Notes: generated by a model from the sequence alone, not told the origin. A stretch of DNA of 64,000 bases from Octopus sinensis (GCF_006345805.1 NC_043005.1:33790001-33854000), one strand, 5' to 3'. Shown: positions 25,501 to 37,662, numbered from the stretch's first letter. Numbers and translations: made by a program.

Positions 25501-26353
25501 TGAATGAAACTGAAAAGAGATGGGTAAAGAAAAGAATGCATGGACAATTTCATAGGGATGTTGAAGATAAGACCTGACAGAGAAAAAAGATGGCTATGGA
25601 TGACTAAAAGTGATTTAAAACCGGAAACGGAGGCTCTAATCTGTGCTGTCCAAGAGCAACTAAGAACAAACTACATAAAATACAGAATTGACAACGCATC
25701 AGAAAGTGATAAGTGCAGAATCTGTGGTCAAAATGGTGAAACCGTATGGTATATTACCAGCCAATGTACGCCAGTAGCCCAGAAGGAATGTAAGAGACGC
25801 CACAACAATATAGCCAGGTTTGTGCATTGGACACTTTGCAACAAGTATGGACTTGACAGCAAAAAATTGGTACGAACATAAACCCGAAGGCATCATCAAA
25901 AATGATAATGCAAAGATCCTGTTGGATTTTATGATTCAGTGCGACCATGAGATAGAGAACAGGAAGCCAGACAGTCTAAATTGAGAAAGAAAGCAAACTA
26001 TGCTAGATCATAGATATATATGTCCAGCTGACAACAAGGTATGTGATATGATGAAAGAGAAGTCGATAGATATGACAGATTAGCTTGGGAGGTTAAGCAG
26101 TTGTGGTCGATGAAAAAGATGGTAGTAGTACCAATAATTGTCGGAGCCCTGGGAACAGTGTGTAAAAATCTTGAGAAGTACATGGAACAAGTAAGGGCTG
26201 CAATAAGGGTGGAGCACTTGCAGAAAACAACACTGCTTGGGGCCGCTCGAATACTCCGGAAGGTGCTTGAAAAATAAGAGGTGTTACCTTAGTTCACTTG
26301 TAGTGAACAGCTTACACCGTAGTACATCTCCAGTGTTAGAAGCTGTGCAAAGG
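22540..26353 (+). mobile_element. R4/Dong LINE subfamily C, apparently full-length but heavily mutated
   Basis: N-terminal WS...VMExYY.S...GYRQRM...W...G.F...EQRLCDQARAI domain typical of R4/Dong, then RT, CCHC and RLE; many stops and frameshifts; ends gcaaaggt(aat)n. 5' boundary approximate. Confidence 0.9.
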
Positions 26354-26369
26354 TAATAATAATAATAAT

Positions 26370-26768
26370 CCTTTCTACTATAAGCACAAGGCCTGAAATT
26401 GGAGAAGGCGGGATAGTCGATTACATCGACCCTAGAACTCAACTGATACTTAATTTTATCAACGCCGAAATGATGAAAGGCAAAATCGACCTCGGCGGAA
26501 TTTGAACTCAGAACGTAGCGACGGGCGAAATACCCATTTCTTTACTACCCACAAGGGGCTACACACAGAGGGGACAAACAAGGACAGACAAACGGATTAA
26601 GTCGATTACATCGAGCCCAGTGCGTAACTGGTACTTAATTTATCGACCCCGAAAGGATGAAAGGCAAAGTCGACCTCGGCGGAATTTGAACTCAGAACGT
26701 AACGGCAGACGAAATACCGCTAAGCATTTCGCCCGGCGTGCTAACGTTTCTGCCAGCTCGCCGTCTTA
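26370..26768 (-). mobile_element. Dimeric SINE-B inserted tail-to-tail in the Dong-C (AAT)n tail
   Basis: Head ggcgagctggcagaaacgttag with B box gagttcaaattcc, repeated in a second 5'-truncated unit; ends tagaaagg(att)n. Confidence 0.85.
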
Positions 26769-26825
26769 ATAAATGATGATAATAATAATAATAATAATAA
26801 TAATATAATAATAATAATAATAATA

Positions 26826-26938
<113 letters not shown>

Positions 26939-27061
26939 TAAATCGTAGGTTGCAGGCAGCAAGCCCTCTATGCATGCAAGACGCTAGGAGTTCCAACAAA
27001 ACCTGGGATAAAAAGAAATAATAGTAATAATAACAATGATGATGATGATAATAATAATTAC

Positions 27062-27261
27062 CTGATTAGATCTTTACTCACTGATGCATTTTCAGCCCGC
27101 TCTGATTCAATGAAGTTGTGAAGAGATATCAAAAGTTTTCTTTCCTCCTTCACCAATTGATTCATTTTATAAACTGACGTATAGACATCCGCACACACGA
27201 ACAATACAATTTTACTTACACAGAATATTTGAAACCACAAAGAATTATAGCAGTTCACCAT
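27062..27261 (-). CDS. P4HA: Prolyl 4-hydroxylase alpha subunit, coding exon 1 (signal peptide and start of N-terminal domain)
   Basis: ATG at 27261; translates MVNCYNSLWFQIFCVSKIVLFVCA-DVYTSVYKMNQLVKEERKLLISLHNFIESE, resembling the P4HA N-terminus (xFTSxxxMxxLxxxExxLxxxLxxYI). Ends AG|GTAATT in phase 2, matching exon 2. Confidence 0.85.
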
Positions 27262-27548
27262 CTTCGTTGTTTCTTTTTTTTTCCTTTTTCTTTTTTCAGA
27301 TTACAAAATCGTATATCGTATATCCCATATACTTAAAAAAATATATAAATTATATAGTAAAACGTCTTCAAAACTTTTTAAAACTAATTATATTCAAGCC
27401 AACAAAAAAATTACTACAGACATTTCTTCTTTATTCGTTCCCGGCTTCAGTAACATGCAGAGTTTAATCTTCTGTGATTTTTCCCCTTTTCCTCCCTTTC
27501 TTTCTTATCAATTAAGCTGTTAAAAAAAAAAAATGGATATTTCCTTCA

Positions 27549-27624
27549 CCACGTCATTGTTAAGGCGCCAGCCCAAAAGCTTCCGATTTGTGAAAGAAAT
27601 TGATCAACTTTTGACTGTTATTGG
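27549..27624 (-). promoter_or_regulatory. Putative P4HA proximal promoter elements: TGACGTGG (UPRE/CRE-like, contains HRE core ACGTG) and CCAAT box
   Basis: Plus-strand ccacgtca at 27549-27556 and attgg at 27620-27624, about 290-360 bp upstream of the ATG in a CpG-containing non-repeat island. Function is inferred. Confidence 0.4.
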
Positions 27625-27854
27625 CTGCAACTGGCTAAATACGCGCGCGCGAGCACACACACACACACACCACACGCACACACACATTCACATCTGTTGC
27701 CAATTAAAACTGATTTCTTTTAAAAAATCGAAATTAGTTACTCTAAACAGTCCAAGTGAATCACATTGAGTTACTATGAATATTTTTATTGCCTTTGCGT
27801 TTTTTGTTTTCTTTTTCTGTCCAATCTCCCATTTTTCCTTTCTTCTCTCTTTTT

Positions 27855-28052
27855 TATTTTACTCTTTTACTTGTTTCAGTCATTTGACTGCGGCCATGCT
27901 GGAGCACCGCCTTTAGTCGAGCAAATCGACCCCGGGACTTATTCTTTGTAAGCCCAGTACTTATTCTATCGGTCTCTTTTGCCGAACTGCTAAACACACC
28001 AGCATCGGTTGTCAAGCAATGCTAGGGGGACAAACACCGACACACAAACACG

Positions 28053-28118
<66 letters not shown>

Positions 28119-28282
28119 CGACAGGCTTCTTTCAGTTTCCGTCTACCAAATCCACTCACAAGGCATTGGTCGGCCCGGGGCTATAGCAGAAGACACTTGC
28201 CCAAGATGCCACGCAGTGGGACTGAACCCGAAACCATGTGGTTGGTTAGCAAGCTACTTACCACACAGCCACTCCTGCACCT
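27855..28282 (-). mobile_element. SINE-A, well-preserved copy
   Basis: Minus strand ggtgcaggagtggctgtgtggtaag...gggttcagtccc; internal (TA)(TG); tail gactgaaacaagtaaaag. Confidence 0.88.
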
Positions 28283-28919
28283 ATCTCTCTCTTTGTAGAT
28301 TGTATTGATTTAATAATACTTCATAGACGCTTTTCTGATGTTCACCAGTAGGGAAACGGCTTTTGTATTTCCAAGGTGAATCTTTATCAGTGGTTTTTTA
28401 AAAATAAAAGCCAGCAACACCAAAAGAACTAAATAACTGAAAGACGATGACGTCACACAAAACAAGCTACAAGGACGTGTCTCCATTGTCTTAATATTTA
28501 AGCCCCTACCTCCAACAACGTATGTTATTGCACCTCAATGTAAAATTACTTGAACATGCAAAAGTTACTATAGCCTACGACATAACTACAACAACATCCT
28601 AAAAAAATTAATGGTCTCACTTAGCCCAAACATAACAACAACCTAAATAATTCTCAAACACTTTGCCAAAATGAATATCGTCAATGAGGGCAGAGTAAGA
28701 ATGACTGTTGTGCTTTAATCAAAATCTCTTCGTTCGCCTCTTCTGTAGCCAATATCAGAACCATCGGATATACAGAGCTAAAGAGGGAGCATTCAAGCAG
28801 TTGCTGATCTACAAGAATTAAGGCAAATTTCCCTAATATTACTTCCTGCAATCTTAACAAAGGAAGAGCACATCAGATAATGTAATCCTAGATAGATTAT
28901 GGTTGTGTATAACGTACTT

Positions 28920-29190
28920 AGACTTAGGTCAGTCAAGTACCCTAAGACTCACGAGGTCGCAGCTTAATCTGCTTTCCATCGCGTATAAGTAATTAGGATT
29001 ACAATACCCACCGCTGAATGGGATGCCTGTCTGTCACAGGGTTAACTTCCAGTTATTGCTGAAACCTATTTACAGCTGATTGGAGTGGAGCAACAAAAAA
29101 GAAAGAAAATGAATCGGTTTGCTCCAGGAAACGAAACTATGATCTTAGGATCGCAAGTGCAACACCCTAACCACTAGGTCACTCACCTTC
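28920..29190 (-). mobile_element. tRNA-derived SINE with a Meta/CORE-like central domain
   Basis: Minus strand cctagtggttagggtgttgcac head and aaccctgtgacagacaggcatcccattcag central motif; superfamily assignment is from memory of such domains. Confidence 0.5.
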
Positions 29191-30329
29191 ACGTGGTTAC
29201 TTTCACATGATTAATCAGGATTGATTAAGCAATAAGCAGTCAGAAACAGTTTACAGTTTGGAGTGTGGAAAACAAAACAAGATGACTGTACTGCTACGTT
29301 GCACTTCGTACGATAAGCCTTTGCACATAAAAAAAAAACAAACTTTATACTTCTTTATTTGGTGAAGGGATAATGCATTATCCCTTCATTTCCTCTGGGG
29401 TACATTAGACACAAAGTACACAATAATAACCAAAATATGTCATGTGCACCGCATAACAATAATGCACAAAGCGAGATTAACTATATTGCAATACAACACT
29501 AATAGCATAAAACAATTCGTCATCATCATTACGTATACTGTAATCTTATTTTTAATATGTTTTAACCATCACTGACTAGCACAGGACCTCGCGTATTCCT
29601 AACTGAACACCGATATAGTAGGGCAGGAACTCATGAACTCTTTGTAAGGTACACCCATCCGTAAACACCACAAAGATCATCCATATATAAATACAACACA
29701 CACGTGCGCGCACACAAGAGATTACACGCCTTTAGGTGTTATGTATATCTCTATAACATCGACAGCACAAGTATAAAAAATAATGAAAACAAAGCGATTC
29801 CCTTGGTCACCAGTTTCATCTGCGAACGGAAATTAAGTCACTGACAAGCAAGCATAGAAAGAGTCACAATTCTGGCAAACAAAACAGAACAAGAGGAAAC
29901 ACTTAAGATAAAGTGTCGATGAAGAGATCACTACAAATAAAGCAATTAGAAATATTTTATTAACTGATAACATATGACTTGTATCCAACGGCAGCACAGT
30001 TTATTTAATGGCATTACATGTAAAACGACCATGATTATTTTTATTCAATATCTTAAAAAAAAATTTAAAAAAACAGAACGAAAAAAGCACAAAATTGTTT
30101 TGCTTATGTTTCTATGACTTTTTTCTGTGGCTCAATATTCTGGATTCATGTCAACGCAAAGCAACAGCAGCATTACTGGACAAAGAATATATTACACAGT
30201 AGATAATACTAGTTGTGCAAAGAATATATTTGATCTACGGTGGATTATACCAGTTGTACAAAGAATATATTAGATACAATTATGGATCATGCCAGTTGGT
30301 TTCTTTTCATAGTTAAGGTTGTTTTAAGC

Positions 30330-30450
30330 GTAAATCTCGAAGCCATGCCGTGAAGATAACCTCGGCGGGATTTGAACTCAGAATGAAAAGAGCCGTAACT
30401 AAATATCACTAGGTAACTAAATTGCATAAGGTATTTTGTCTGACGCTTAA
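30330..30450 (-). mobile_element. SINE-B fragment
   Basis: cctcggcgggatttgaactcagaa core. Confidence 0.65.
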
Positions 30451-30533
30451 GTAATAATTTTTGACAAACAGCAGTAAGAATGTCATCATCAACAATATGA
30501 AACAGTTAAACATCTGCAACAAAACAAGAACAA

Positions 30534-30610
<77 letters not shown>

Positions 30611-30784
30611 GTTACAGTCACATCATTACGTAGTCTCTGGTTTGCTAGAAATAGTAGCTAAATCGGATCTATTCGGTTTGGCTACCAGCATCGATTCTGT
30701 TTGAATTGATTTCATATTCAGTGTAATGATACATTTTTATAGGCTAATGAATTACGTGAAAATCATTTTCGCTATAAATCAATA

Positions 30785-33207
30785 TGTTGTGGCGAGAGTC
30801 ATTGACAACCCTAGGGTATTGGAAGAATGGACTAGCCGAACTCTTATAAAGAATAGTGGTCGGTATTAGTCAGAAAGAGCGTTTTGGGTAGTCTCGCAGT
30901 GTGCCGTTTTGTTACTAGATGGATTTGCATTTATGAAGGTATTGTTGAAATTGTTACTGCTTGTTTGTTCAAAGCTGTTACCTGCCTCGGGCCAGTCTGG
31001 AAGGATGTGGCGTATGTGACCCGAGACAGGAAGTTCGCCTCAATTGAGGTTGGATTTCTGATAGCGGAAAAAGCAAAGGAGCACTCAGTGCTAACACTAA
31101 AAACAAAGAGGTAGTACTTCTGCCTTCATATCTGGAATGTAGAACGTCCCGGATCACGATACAAGAAGTACTACCGGAAATTGACGCCACCTCGGTGGTG
31201 GCTGCCCTCTATTCCTCAAGGGAAGATAAAAATTTCCATACTACAGATTACCCCTTCTCCCAAACTGGCTAGGGCAGACTATAGAAATATTAATTCAAGC
31301 GGTACCGGAGGATCTAGAACAAATTCCGGATAGATTGCTAATAGAAGACGTTGTCTTAAAGGTACAAGTCGAGGGGAAGTGTGGGCAGATGGGCCATATG
31401 TGCACAGAACGTGGCCGTCCCAACACAGAGCCCAGCCCCGACAAGAAATGAAGGGAAAAAAGAAGAGATGAAAAGTAAAAACAAAGGAAATAAACCAACG
31501 AAGGAACAAGAGAAATCAACAAAAGAACAGGAAGAATCGAATGCAGTGTCAAGGAATGCAGAAAAAATTCCCCCTCCTAGCGACGATATGTAGGTCATCG
31601 AACAGGAGGCGGAATTTCATCTCCTGGAAACGGGGGAAGAGAACTATTGTGTCCCCAACTCCCTCCCAGCCCACAACCACAACAAAAAAAAAACGTAACA
31701 CCACACACCAAAAGAACTTTGCGTATGGATATCTATTCTTAACTTAGCTTGTTTAAATGTTTGTGGTCTGAGTTCGAAGTGGAAGCAAGCTGGTTTCTGC
31801 AACGACTTCAGGTCACATAGCATAGATGTAATGGTTGCTACAGTGACCAAGTTGGACAGACTACACACTTTCTCAGCTCCTCTGAATGGCTAAGAGAAAA
31901 TCATGTCTCCTAGCCAGACCGGAGGCCGAGGAGGGGTAGTGGTCTTGATCCGAAAAAGCTTAGCTCTGCAAACAAGTACAATCTTTGTAGATCCAGACAG
32001 TGCGCCGGTCGTTCTCGACTTGAAGTACAGAGATAAGGCCTTCAGGTCGGTTGGCGTTTATGCGCCGAGTCTTAAAAATAAACTGACTGATTTTTATCAA
32101 CGCTTAGAGAATCTTCTTGTGACATCAAAGATATTAATGGTGTCAGGAGATTTTAACGCTATCCTGGATGCACGCTGGGTGATTGGCAGCTAGTGTCGAG
32201 AGGCATTCACGTTACTCTCCCGCGCGGGCAATACCGATAGCTGGAGTTCCACCGTGGACTTCTATAGCGGGTTAGTAGAGTTCATGTCAGACGATGCCCT
32301 GGGGGAGACTCTGGGCTTGGATAGAGATCATTTAACCAACCTGTTCGAAAAAAATTTCGGTTCGGGATCTCTGGATAATTACCAGAAATTCCTCACCTAG
32401 TTGTGTTACCGATCCGCCTTATCTGTTCGAGAGAGGTTGTCAAGGCACGGTTGTACTATTCCACCGACCTGTTTGAGGTGCGGACGGGACAGTGAAACTG
32501 TCCTGCACGCCTTCGTACAGTGTACGGAAATTAGGGAATTGATAGCCTATATCGAACAGCTGTTATCAACGACAGAAAGAGTACAGCTATCAGCTGAATC
32601 TATTATTAAGATTGGACTGCCCTCCTCCCTGAACAAGCAGAGGAGAGCTTGTTTTCTCTGCGTGATGGCCATACTGAAAGAATCAGTATGGAGAACACGT
32701 GTGAAAGGGATCGCGACAGGTATCTTTATCTTCGGACGGGGGCTGGTTAGTTATTTCAACTACCACTTACAAAGTAAAATCCGGCTGGAGAAGAGATATC
32801 TGTCGCATAGCACGTTTAAAAAGGTTGGACGACTGTCGGAAGAAAGTTGCGAGTGAATGAAAATAGCTAAGTGTAGCCATCCAGTGACAAAAGGGGAAAC
32901 GTCGGATAACGGCGGTCGGTTAATTAACCCGGTGATGTATAGACAAAACAGGAATTTAAAATTTTTATCGATTTCTGTAAAATGTTTGAATAGCCATCCG
33001 ATTTCATTATATTTGTCATTTTCATTATAATCACGCTGTGCATGTTTGCTTGTCTGTCTTTGTAATGTCCCCTCTTTGTTGGGCCCTGTGTGGCCAATAA
33101 AAAAATATCGAGCCTTTGGTAGTCTCGCGAAGTACGTCGTGTGAACACATTGATTAAACCTCCGCTGCATAATTTATATATACCAACCTGTGGCAGGATG
33201 TAAAACA
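30785..33207 (+). mobile_element. Gypsy solo LTR split into 30785-30897 and 33129-33207 by a LINE insertion
   Basis: tgttgtggcgagagtcattgacaaccctagggtattggaagaatggactagccgaactc resembles 62116-62190; 33129-33207 resembles 62280-62357; ends in CA. Confidence 0.7.
30898..33117 (+). mobile_element. L1/Tx1-type LINE with ORF1, APE endonuclease and C-terminal zinc motif; RT deleted
   Basis: ORF1 knuckle remnant CGQMGHMC; APE motifs LNVCGL, GGVVVLI, GVYAP, SGDFNA; C-terminal CLRCG...ETVLHAFVQC; 11-bp TSD GGTAGTCTCGC at 30887-30897 and 33118-33128. Confidence 0.85.
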
Positions 33208-33359
33208 ATAAATATGGAGTTATTAGCAATTAAAGTTTAAAGATTTGGGGTAATTTTAGCCAATCGCAAACCATAGACACATTCATGCCTGTTTCCATAG
33301 TAACAAGCGGAACATGAGACCCCTTTTGTCTGCGAGAAAGCACGTATTGACAAATATAT

Positions 33360-33878
33360 TCTTTTCTACTTTAGGCACAAGGCCCGAAATTTTGGGGGAG
33401 GGGGCCAGTCGATTAGATCGACCTCAGTACACAACTGGTACTTCATTTATCGATCCCGAAATGATGAAAGGCAAAGTCGACCTCGGTGGAATTTGGACTC
33501 AGAACGTAAAGACAGGCAAAATACCTATTTCTTTACAACCCATAAGGGGATAAACACAGAGAGGACAGACAAGGACAGACAAACAGATTAAGTCGATTAT
33601 ATCGACCCCAGTGCGTAACTGGTACTTATTTAATCGACCCCAAAAGGATGAAAGGCAAAGTCGACCTCGGCAGAATTTGAACTCAGAAAGTAGCGGCAGA
33701 CGAAATACCGCTAAGTATATCGCCCGGCATGCTAACGTTTCTTATTTCTTTATAGCCTACAAGGAGCTAAACACAGAGGGGCAAACAAGGACAGACAAAG
33801 GGATTAAGTGAATTACATCGACCCCAGTGCGTAACTGCATTTCGCCCGGCATGCTAACTTTTCTGCCAGCTCGCCGTT
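33360..33878 (-). mobile_element. SINE-B dimer plus an extra partial unit
   Basis: Same two-unit structure as 26370-26768, with a further tail and head fragment at 33745-33878. Confidence 0.85.
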
Positions 33879-34607
33879 TTGTGTTGACAAATATATTGAA
33901 ACTACTTGTTTTTTTTTTAAATATTTAATTTGTAATATGCTATTTTGTTTATAGATAAATCTTTTAAGTTCGTGCAGTTGCATTAAATGCATATTGAATG
34001 CTTAAAACTACAAAATATGTGCTGTTTACTCGTTTCTTTTTGTCATTGAGGTGGTTGTAAGGTGTGCTAAAAATAAGTGCTAAGTGACGTTTTTGGATAA
34101 ATTTTTTAAAGTTCGTGCTATCGCAATGCTTAAAACTACAAAAGACATGTTGTTTACTCTTTCTTAACAACACTTGCTATTTTCAGGATGTTGACAAAAT
34201 GTTCAGTCACACACAAAATGATAGCTTCTAAATCCTGCTTCTAGACTAGATGAAAAAGATCAAACTTTAAACCTTATAACTCTTTAAAAATAATTTCCTG
34301 GAAAAAGTGAATTAGCTCCAGCAATTCAGCTTCAAAAAGTATATTAATGTGCCAAATTTTGTTGAATAATGCAACACTAGGTTACCTGTGTACAGGAAAA
34401 AGATGGGATGGTCACAGTTGGAAAACTTTTGATTATAAGTCTATTTGATGCATAAAATTAGTGTAACTGAGACAACGATGGCACCTCTATGCAGCCACTA
34501 AACCTGCTAGAAATAAGAGCAAAATCCCCTCGAATTACAGTCGACTGTCTCGCACAACACTGAACAATGGAGATCATGATGTACATGAAGAGTCACGATT
34601 AAGATGT

Positions 34608-34773
34608 CAACTAGCGTAACTAGAATGTGTGCCCGGGGGAGGCCCTTCAGTTTGATACCCCCAGATCCCCTAAAAAAATACATATTGCCTAGAGCAGACC
34701 CAAAAATGGTGGTGCTCCACAAAAGTGCCACCCAAGGCGGACCACGCCCTCCGTCCCTCTAGCTTCGCTACTG
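34608..34773. mobile_element. Possible PIF/Harbinger-type MITE
   Basis: Imperfect TIRs caactagcgtaactag / ctagcttcgctactg around a GC-rich core. Confidence 0.45.
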
Positions 34774-35192
34774 AAGATGTTTTGATCTGTAGTCATTTCG
34801 ATCAAGGTATACCTGGAGTTATATAATAATAACAGCTACAATAACAACAATAGCAACAACAACAAACAATAAACCAATGCTGTATTAACATAAACGAGTA
34901 TATATATATGGTCTTGAGGCGACACAACTCCATTTAGATGTCTCAAGACCGCTCAGTCCACGTTGATCAAAACATGACGCAGTGCGTGAAGTGGGTGGAT
35001 TGTGGGTAGATGTTATGCAAGGGTGGGTGCGGGAAAGGTTATTTCTGAACAGTGACGTTGTAGGATCTATATCGATTTTACACGTTTATGCTTCTTTCGT
35101 GGCGTTTTACAACTGTGAATGACCATGCCACGTATCTGCACATAGGCACTCAGTTACACGTGAACACAAACATACACATACACACACACACG

Positions 35193-35223
<31 letters not shown>

Positions 35224-35649
35224 GCACACACACACACACTCACACACATGACACTTATGCACAGACACGCTGATACATAAACTCACGCTCACACACACAC
35301 ACACACACGATCGTACACACATACACACACCATGCACACACATGCATGCGCGCACACGCACGCAGGCACTCATGTCCACATCAGCATCGAGTTTCTTAAA
35401 ACTAACGAAAAGTCATCAGCACTACTGTTCTTCTTCGATGAACTTACTTCTGATATTTGTGCGCGTGTGTGTGGGTGGGGGTGGGTTTTTTTTAAAGTGA
35501 GTGTATGTGTTTTTTTATAATTTTGTTAGTCTTGTTTACATGCAAAACCCCCCACAACAACACACACACATACACACATTCTTTGTTTTATCCTGTTTTA
35601 TCCTATTATAATTTTTTTCTTAAATAAATCTTTGTGGTTAATAAAGAAA

Positions 35650-35921
35650 TCATTATTTATTCTTCTTCTTCTTCTTCTTCTTCTTCTTCTTCTTCTTCTT
35701 CTTTTTCTTCTTCTTTTTCTTCTTCTTTCTTCTTCTTCTTCTTCTTCTTTTTCTTCTTCTTCTTCTTCTTCTTCTTCTTCTTCTTTTTCTTCTTCGCCTT
35801 CTTCTTCTTCTTCTTCTTCTTCGTCTTCTTCTTTCTTCTTCTTCGTCTTCTTCTTCTTCTTCTTCGTCTTCTTCTTCGTTTTCTTCTTCTTCTTCGTCTT
35901 CTTCTTCTTCTTCTTTTTCTT

Positions 35922-35952
<31 letters not shown>

Positions 35953-35995
35953 TTATTATTATTATTACTATTATTATTATTATTATTATTTTTTT
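35650..35995. repeat. ~300-bp (TTC)n tract followed by (TTA)n
   Basis: Directly visible. Confidence 0.95.
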
Positions 35996-35999
35996 TTTT

Positions 36000-37266
36000 T
36001 TTTCTTTCAAATTTGCTTCCATTTCTTGCCGAGTGTCTTCCCGACTCCTAGGGAAAAGAAACTCATGGTATACATTGGTAGGTCATTAAACTAAACTCAA
36101 TAGTTCGTTATTTTTTATTTATTTATTTTTATTTTTTTTAAAGTTAAATTAAAATACATGGGTAGTAATAGTTCTCACATCGACAATGCTCTTCTCAATA
36201 CGTGTGATGTACCAGTTAAGACAATCTTTTGCACTTCTTGCAGGGATGGTAAGCCAGGGATCATTCTCATATAATTTTCGGTTCCCTTCTTGATCATTCC
36301 TAGTGCTCCTACGATCACTGGTATTGTAACCGCCTTGAGATGCCACATTTTCTCAATTTCAATGAGCAGGTCTTTATATTTTCTGAGCTTGTCAAACTCT
36401 TTCGCCGAGATATTATGATCACAGGGGATGCTCATGTCGATCATGTTTCAATCATGTCGTTGCAGAATCGGCATTTTGAGTCTGCTCCATTTTTCATCAC
36501 ATTGGCCTGGTAGTTCCGGGTTAATAGGCTTTGATCTTGAGCAGCCAGGATGAAACCTTCGCTCTCCGCTTTTAGCCCTGAGCTCCGTAGCCACTGATGG
36601 GTTTGCTTCTGGTCAACATCAGCTTGTTTGCTGCGGGCCACATATTTGCCGTGCAGAGGTTTCTCCTCCCACCTATCAGCCAATTGCTCGTGCGCTTTTT
36701 TCGTTATTTCAAGATATTTGGCCAGTCCAATTGTGGTTGTTTTGTAAGCTAGTTCAAATTGGATCAGGCCTCGATCTCCTTGGGCTCTGGGAAGGTAAAG
36801 GCGATCTACGTCTGCCTTTGGGTAGTGCATCCTATTACAACTCAGCAGTTTGCGTATTTTCCTATCTATATTCTTTACTTCACTCATATTCCAGTTCAAC
36901 ACATTGTAGCTATAAGTAACAACTGGAACTGCTAAGGAATTTATAGCTAACACCTTGTTACGTGCATTTAGTTCAAATTTCAGGACTGCACGAACTCTCC
37001 TATAACATTCCTTCCTGGTCTTCTCTTTCATGCTTGCATGCTGAATACCAGAGCCTTCATTTATCCCTAAATATTTATATGTTTTTTCTTGATCAAGCTC
37101 TCTTATGACTGTGTCAACATCTAACACAACTGAATTTGTGGTCTTCACTTTCCCTTTGTGGAAAATGGCCTTGGCACACTTCTCAAGCCCAAACTCCATC
37201 ACGATGTCATCGCTGAATGCTTTCACAGTGCGCAATAGGCCTTCAAGTTCATTATCGTCTTTAAGT

Positions 37267-37268
<2 letters not shown>
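36000..37268 (-). mobile_element. R4/Dong subfamily A copy with two internal deletions
   Basis: High-identity reverse complement of 15581-17285; lacks about 16143-16313 and 16573-16840 of that copy; (TTA)n on both sides. Confidence 0.93.
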
Positions 37269-37331
<63 letters not shown>

Positions 37332-37471
37332 TTTCTATGTTTGACTTTTGCTTTATGTTTGTACAAGTGGCTCCAAGTCTCACCCAGAGACCTCAAGAGA
37401 CAACAGGTTGGAAGTTCACGTTGTTCCAGCCTGTTGTCTCTTGAGGTCTCTGGGTGAGACTTGAAGCCAAC

Positions 37472-37531
<60 letters not shown>

Positions 37532-37662
37532 GGTTTGGCTCAGTTTTGGTGTTATTCCTAGTAGGGTTTATGTGGTGTTATTCCTGGTAGGGTTTACTAC
37601 CTCTAACCTTAGGTATCCACAAATTTTCAGCATTCTGTCAAGTGCTTAGAACCATTATTATT

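Noticed and set aside
30181-30300. Three copies of caaagaatatatt with variable spacers, superficially CRISPR-like
   Set aside because: Only three short units, spacers resemble each other (degenerate minisatellite), eukaryotic context and no cas genes.
35375-35425. CTGATGA...GAAAC on minus
   Set aside because: Stem II cannot close without using G12, and no stem I or III pairing was found.
35632-36089. Poly-F/S/R/K/E ORFs, and the many poly-YI, HT, CV and MYVC ORFs elsewhere in the track
   Set aside because: Translations of microsatellites with no coding signal.
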